Positions 60,201 to 63,200 of a stretch of DNA of 64,000 nt are shown here, one piece after another. The stretch is from NCBI GenBank assembly GCA_022710715.1, contig JAKLGJ010000002.1, positions 234,171-298,170 of the forward strand, written 5' to 3'. The translations under genes and the position numbers were made by a program. The notes beneath the pieces are model-generated. The model ran no database searches, was not told where the DNA came from, and was given only the letters and a program-made list of their open reading frames with translations. Origin of the DNA: Candidatus Omnitrophota bacterium (GTDB taxonomy: Bacteria > Omnitrophota > Gorgyraeia > Gygaellales > Profunditerraquicolaceae). Position 1 is the stretch's first letter. Every line of letters begins with the position of its first letter.

Positions 60201-63200
60201 AAAAGGCCAGGATAGCTATCATTGGCAGCGCTATTCCCTTCATCAGGTGAGTTTTTTGAATCCCGCGGTTTATGTGTTTAAACCCGAGAATCTCTCTTTT
60301 AAGGCGTGGGATCTTTTTGTTCCGTATCCGGAGAAAGCCAGTCTGATACGCTGTTTCAATGTATTGCGAGCGGAGTCTTATCGTCCGTATACCGACCGGG
60401 AGATACAACAGGCGCTGAAAGTGATGGGGAATTCGCTGATCAATAACGGGATCTTGATTGTTGGGAAAGCCTGGTATTCGGCGGGCGACAGAACCCGGAG
60501 CAGCATGGAGTATGACGTGTATAGGCGTGTTGGAGATGAGCTTGTATATGATCATTCGAAAGAATTGAAGCTTGCGGATAGAGGTTTCTCCATACAGTGC
60601 GTAGAGAGGCAATGGGCGCACAACAAGGAAGCCATTGATTTGTCCCGCGAGTATGCGGATATGGCCTCGCGACGCAGGATACTATCTTCGCAAACCATGC
60701 AGGAGCTGCGATTATGGAAGGATGCGATTGCTCCTTCTCAAACCAGGATGGAATTGCTCGATGAACTGAGGGCAAGGGAAAAGGCCGGTGATGTGAATAA
60801 AGAAATCGCGATAAAGCGGACTCTTGACGCGCTGGAGAATGGTGAAATAGATCTTAGCGCATTCCCGGAATACCAGGACGGCGGGATCAAGGTTAAGTAT
60901 TACAAAGGCAACGGCGAAGGCGCGCTGGTGCACAAGATCGCCGGGGATATCCAGAGCGAAGGGTTGATCAAAAAGCTGTTTGATTCCGAGCTGAAATGGT
61001 GGGATAGCGTCAAGAAAGCGTATATCGATAACAAAGAGCGCCTGGGATGGCTGGATATCCTGACCCGGCTGGAGAAGAAAGGGACGCTGGACTATATCGC
61101 CGGCCTGATCAAAGAGGCCCGCGCCCAAGGGATCGAATATGTGGTGAATATCGGGATCGGCGGCTCGGGCAACGGCGCAGTGTCCCTTAAAGGATTGTTC
61201 AAAGGAGTTCCGGAAACGGATAACTTCTTTGTGCTCGGATCGGTCGAACCCACGGTGATCGCCAATCTGGAAAGATCATTGAGCGACGCAAGCGGAGAAG
61301 TGCGTATCGACAAGTCGCTGTTTATCATCATTTCAAAATCCTGGACCACGGTGGAGACCGACCAGCTTAAGAATCATTTCTACGGCCTGGCCAAACGTTT
61401 CTATGAAAAGGAATACCCGCAGGCCGATGCCGAAGAGATCGCCGAAAAAGCCGGCCGTCATTTCATCGTTATCTGCGATCCGGGCAAAGCCGAAAATGAA
61501 CTCCGGGAAAAACACTTCCGGGCTGTGGTCGATCACGATTTGACTACCGGCGGTCGCTTCGCATCCTATTTCGACGTGGTCGGGCTTCTGCCTGCGGCGG
61601 CCATGGGGATCATGGATGCGCTGGTAGCTTCCGGTAAAAAAGGCATGCAAGCTTGCCGGCAGCCGGAGGTATTCAAATCCACCGGCGAGATCGTTAACTA
61701 CGGCGCATTCCTGGCGGCATTCCTTTATATTAATGAGATGAAACGGCGCCACGCCACATTCATTTTGCCGGGCGCGCTCAAGGATTCCTATACCTGGCTC
61801 GGCCAGATCTTCGTGGAGTCGCTGTGCAAGAAAGACCGCTACAACGATAAACGCGGCATTTTCACCGTGCTGGCCGACGATAACCTGGATCCGGCAGCCT
61901 GGGATGCTACCGAGAATTTCTTCATCTATATCCATCTCAAAGACGACGTTTCCCGGCAGCAGGAAGCGCTCAAGCTTGGTCGCAGCGGTTTCTCCGTGCT
62001 GGAGATCGTTCTCGACAGCAAAGAGGATATCGGCGAAGTGATCGCGATGTTCAATACCGGCATCGCTTTGACCGGCTACCTGATGAACGTGAATTTCGCG
62101 GATGAACCGGGGGTCTGGGTGTCCAAGGATCTGGTGCTGAAAGTGTTCATTCCTCTTCTGGAAAAGAATTTCCGCGGTCTCAAGAGCGAGTTCCTTAAGA
62201 TGATCGTCGGGCTGGCCGAGCACAAGGAGAAGCTGGAAAGCGAGCACCTGGTGCTGGATTATTGCTATATCTTGAAGGAAAAGTATCTCAACGCCGAATT
62301 TGAAGCCATGCTCGAGCAGATCAGCCTGGCGGAAGGCAAGCATGTAGAGACTATCCGCAAGGACATGCCGTCGGTCCTGGCGGCAGTACTTCTGGTCGCA
62401 GCCCGTCACCGTCCGCTCTTCGATATGCTCATTTACGGAGACGTCGACAGCTACGCCGGAGTGATGGCTGATTTCAGTTCCCTGGTCAGAGGACAGCTCA
62501 AAGTCAATCCCGGCGCCTACGCCGAGCCGGAAGCCCAGCACTGGTTGCACCAGGGGCTGCAGGACAGCCGGTCGTTGAAACTCCTGATCATCCTGGGCGT
62601 GCTCAATTACCGTTCGAAGGATATCGCCACTCCCAGCTACAGTCTGGATTTCGGCGAGCTGACCCTGCTCCAGCGGTTGGCAAACTATCTGATCCTTTCC
62701 GGCGGGTTGCCTAAGCTGTACGAGGCTCTGGAGAATGAACCGGTGGCCCGGGAATTCTTCGACAAAGTAGCCGGTCAGGGCCTGCTGGAAGCGGCTTCTC
62801 CCCAGCTGGGGATCAACATCGATCTGAAGGAGCATAGTCCAGAAGCGCTGGCCGAACTGCAGTCGCTCTTCGAGAAATCATCGGATATCGTGGAAAAGAT
62901 GCTGCGCATTCAGCGCGGCGAGCGTATCTCCGTCGCGCAGGTCGTGGCGGAAACCGTGGAGATCCTTGCCAGACATATTGCCGATATCGCGGATAATCTT
63001 GACCTGGAGGATACGGGAAAACTGCTGGATATGCTTCAGGAAACCCGCGAACTGATTATCGCGGGAGTGGGCAGAAGCGGCATCGCAGCGCAGATCAGTA
63101 AGTTGTGGCTGAAGAAAGTGGGCATCAGGGCTGAAGTGATCGAAGCCGGCGACGACTCTGTGTCTTACGATTACGGCAGAAGCCCTGCGGACCGGTTCAT

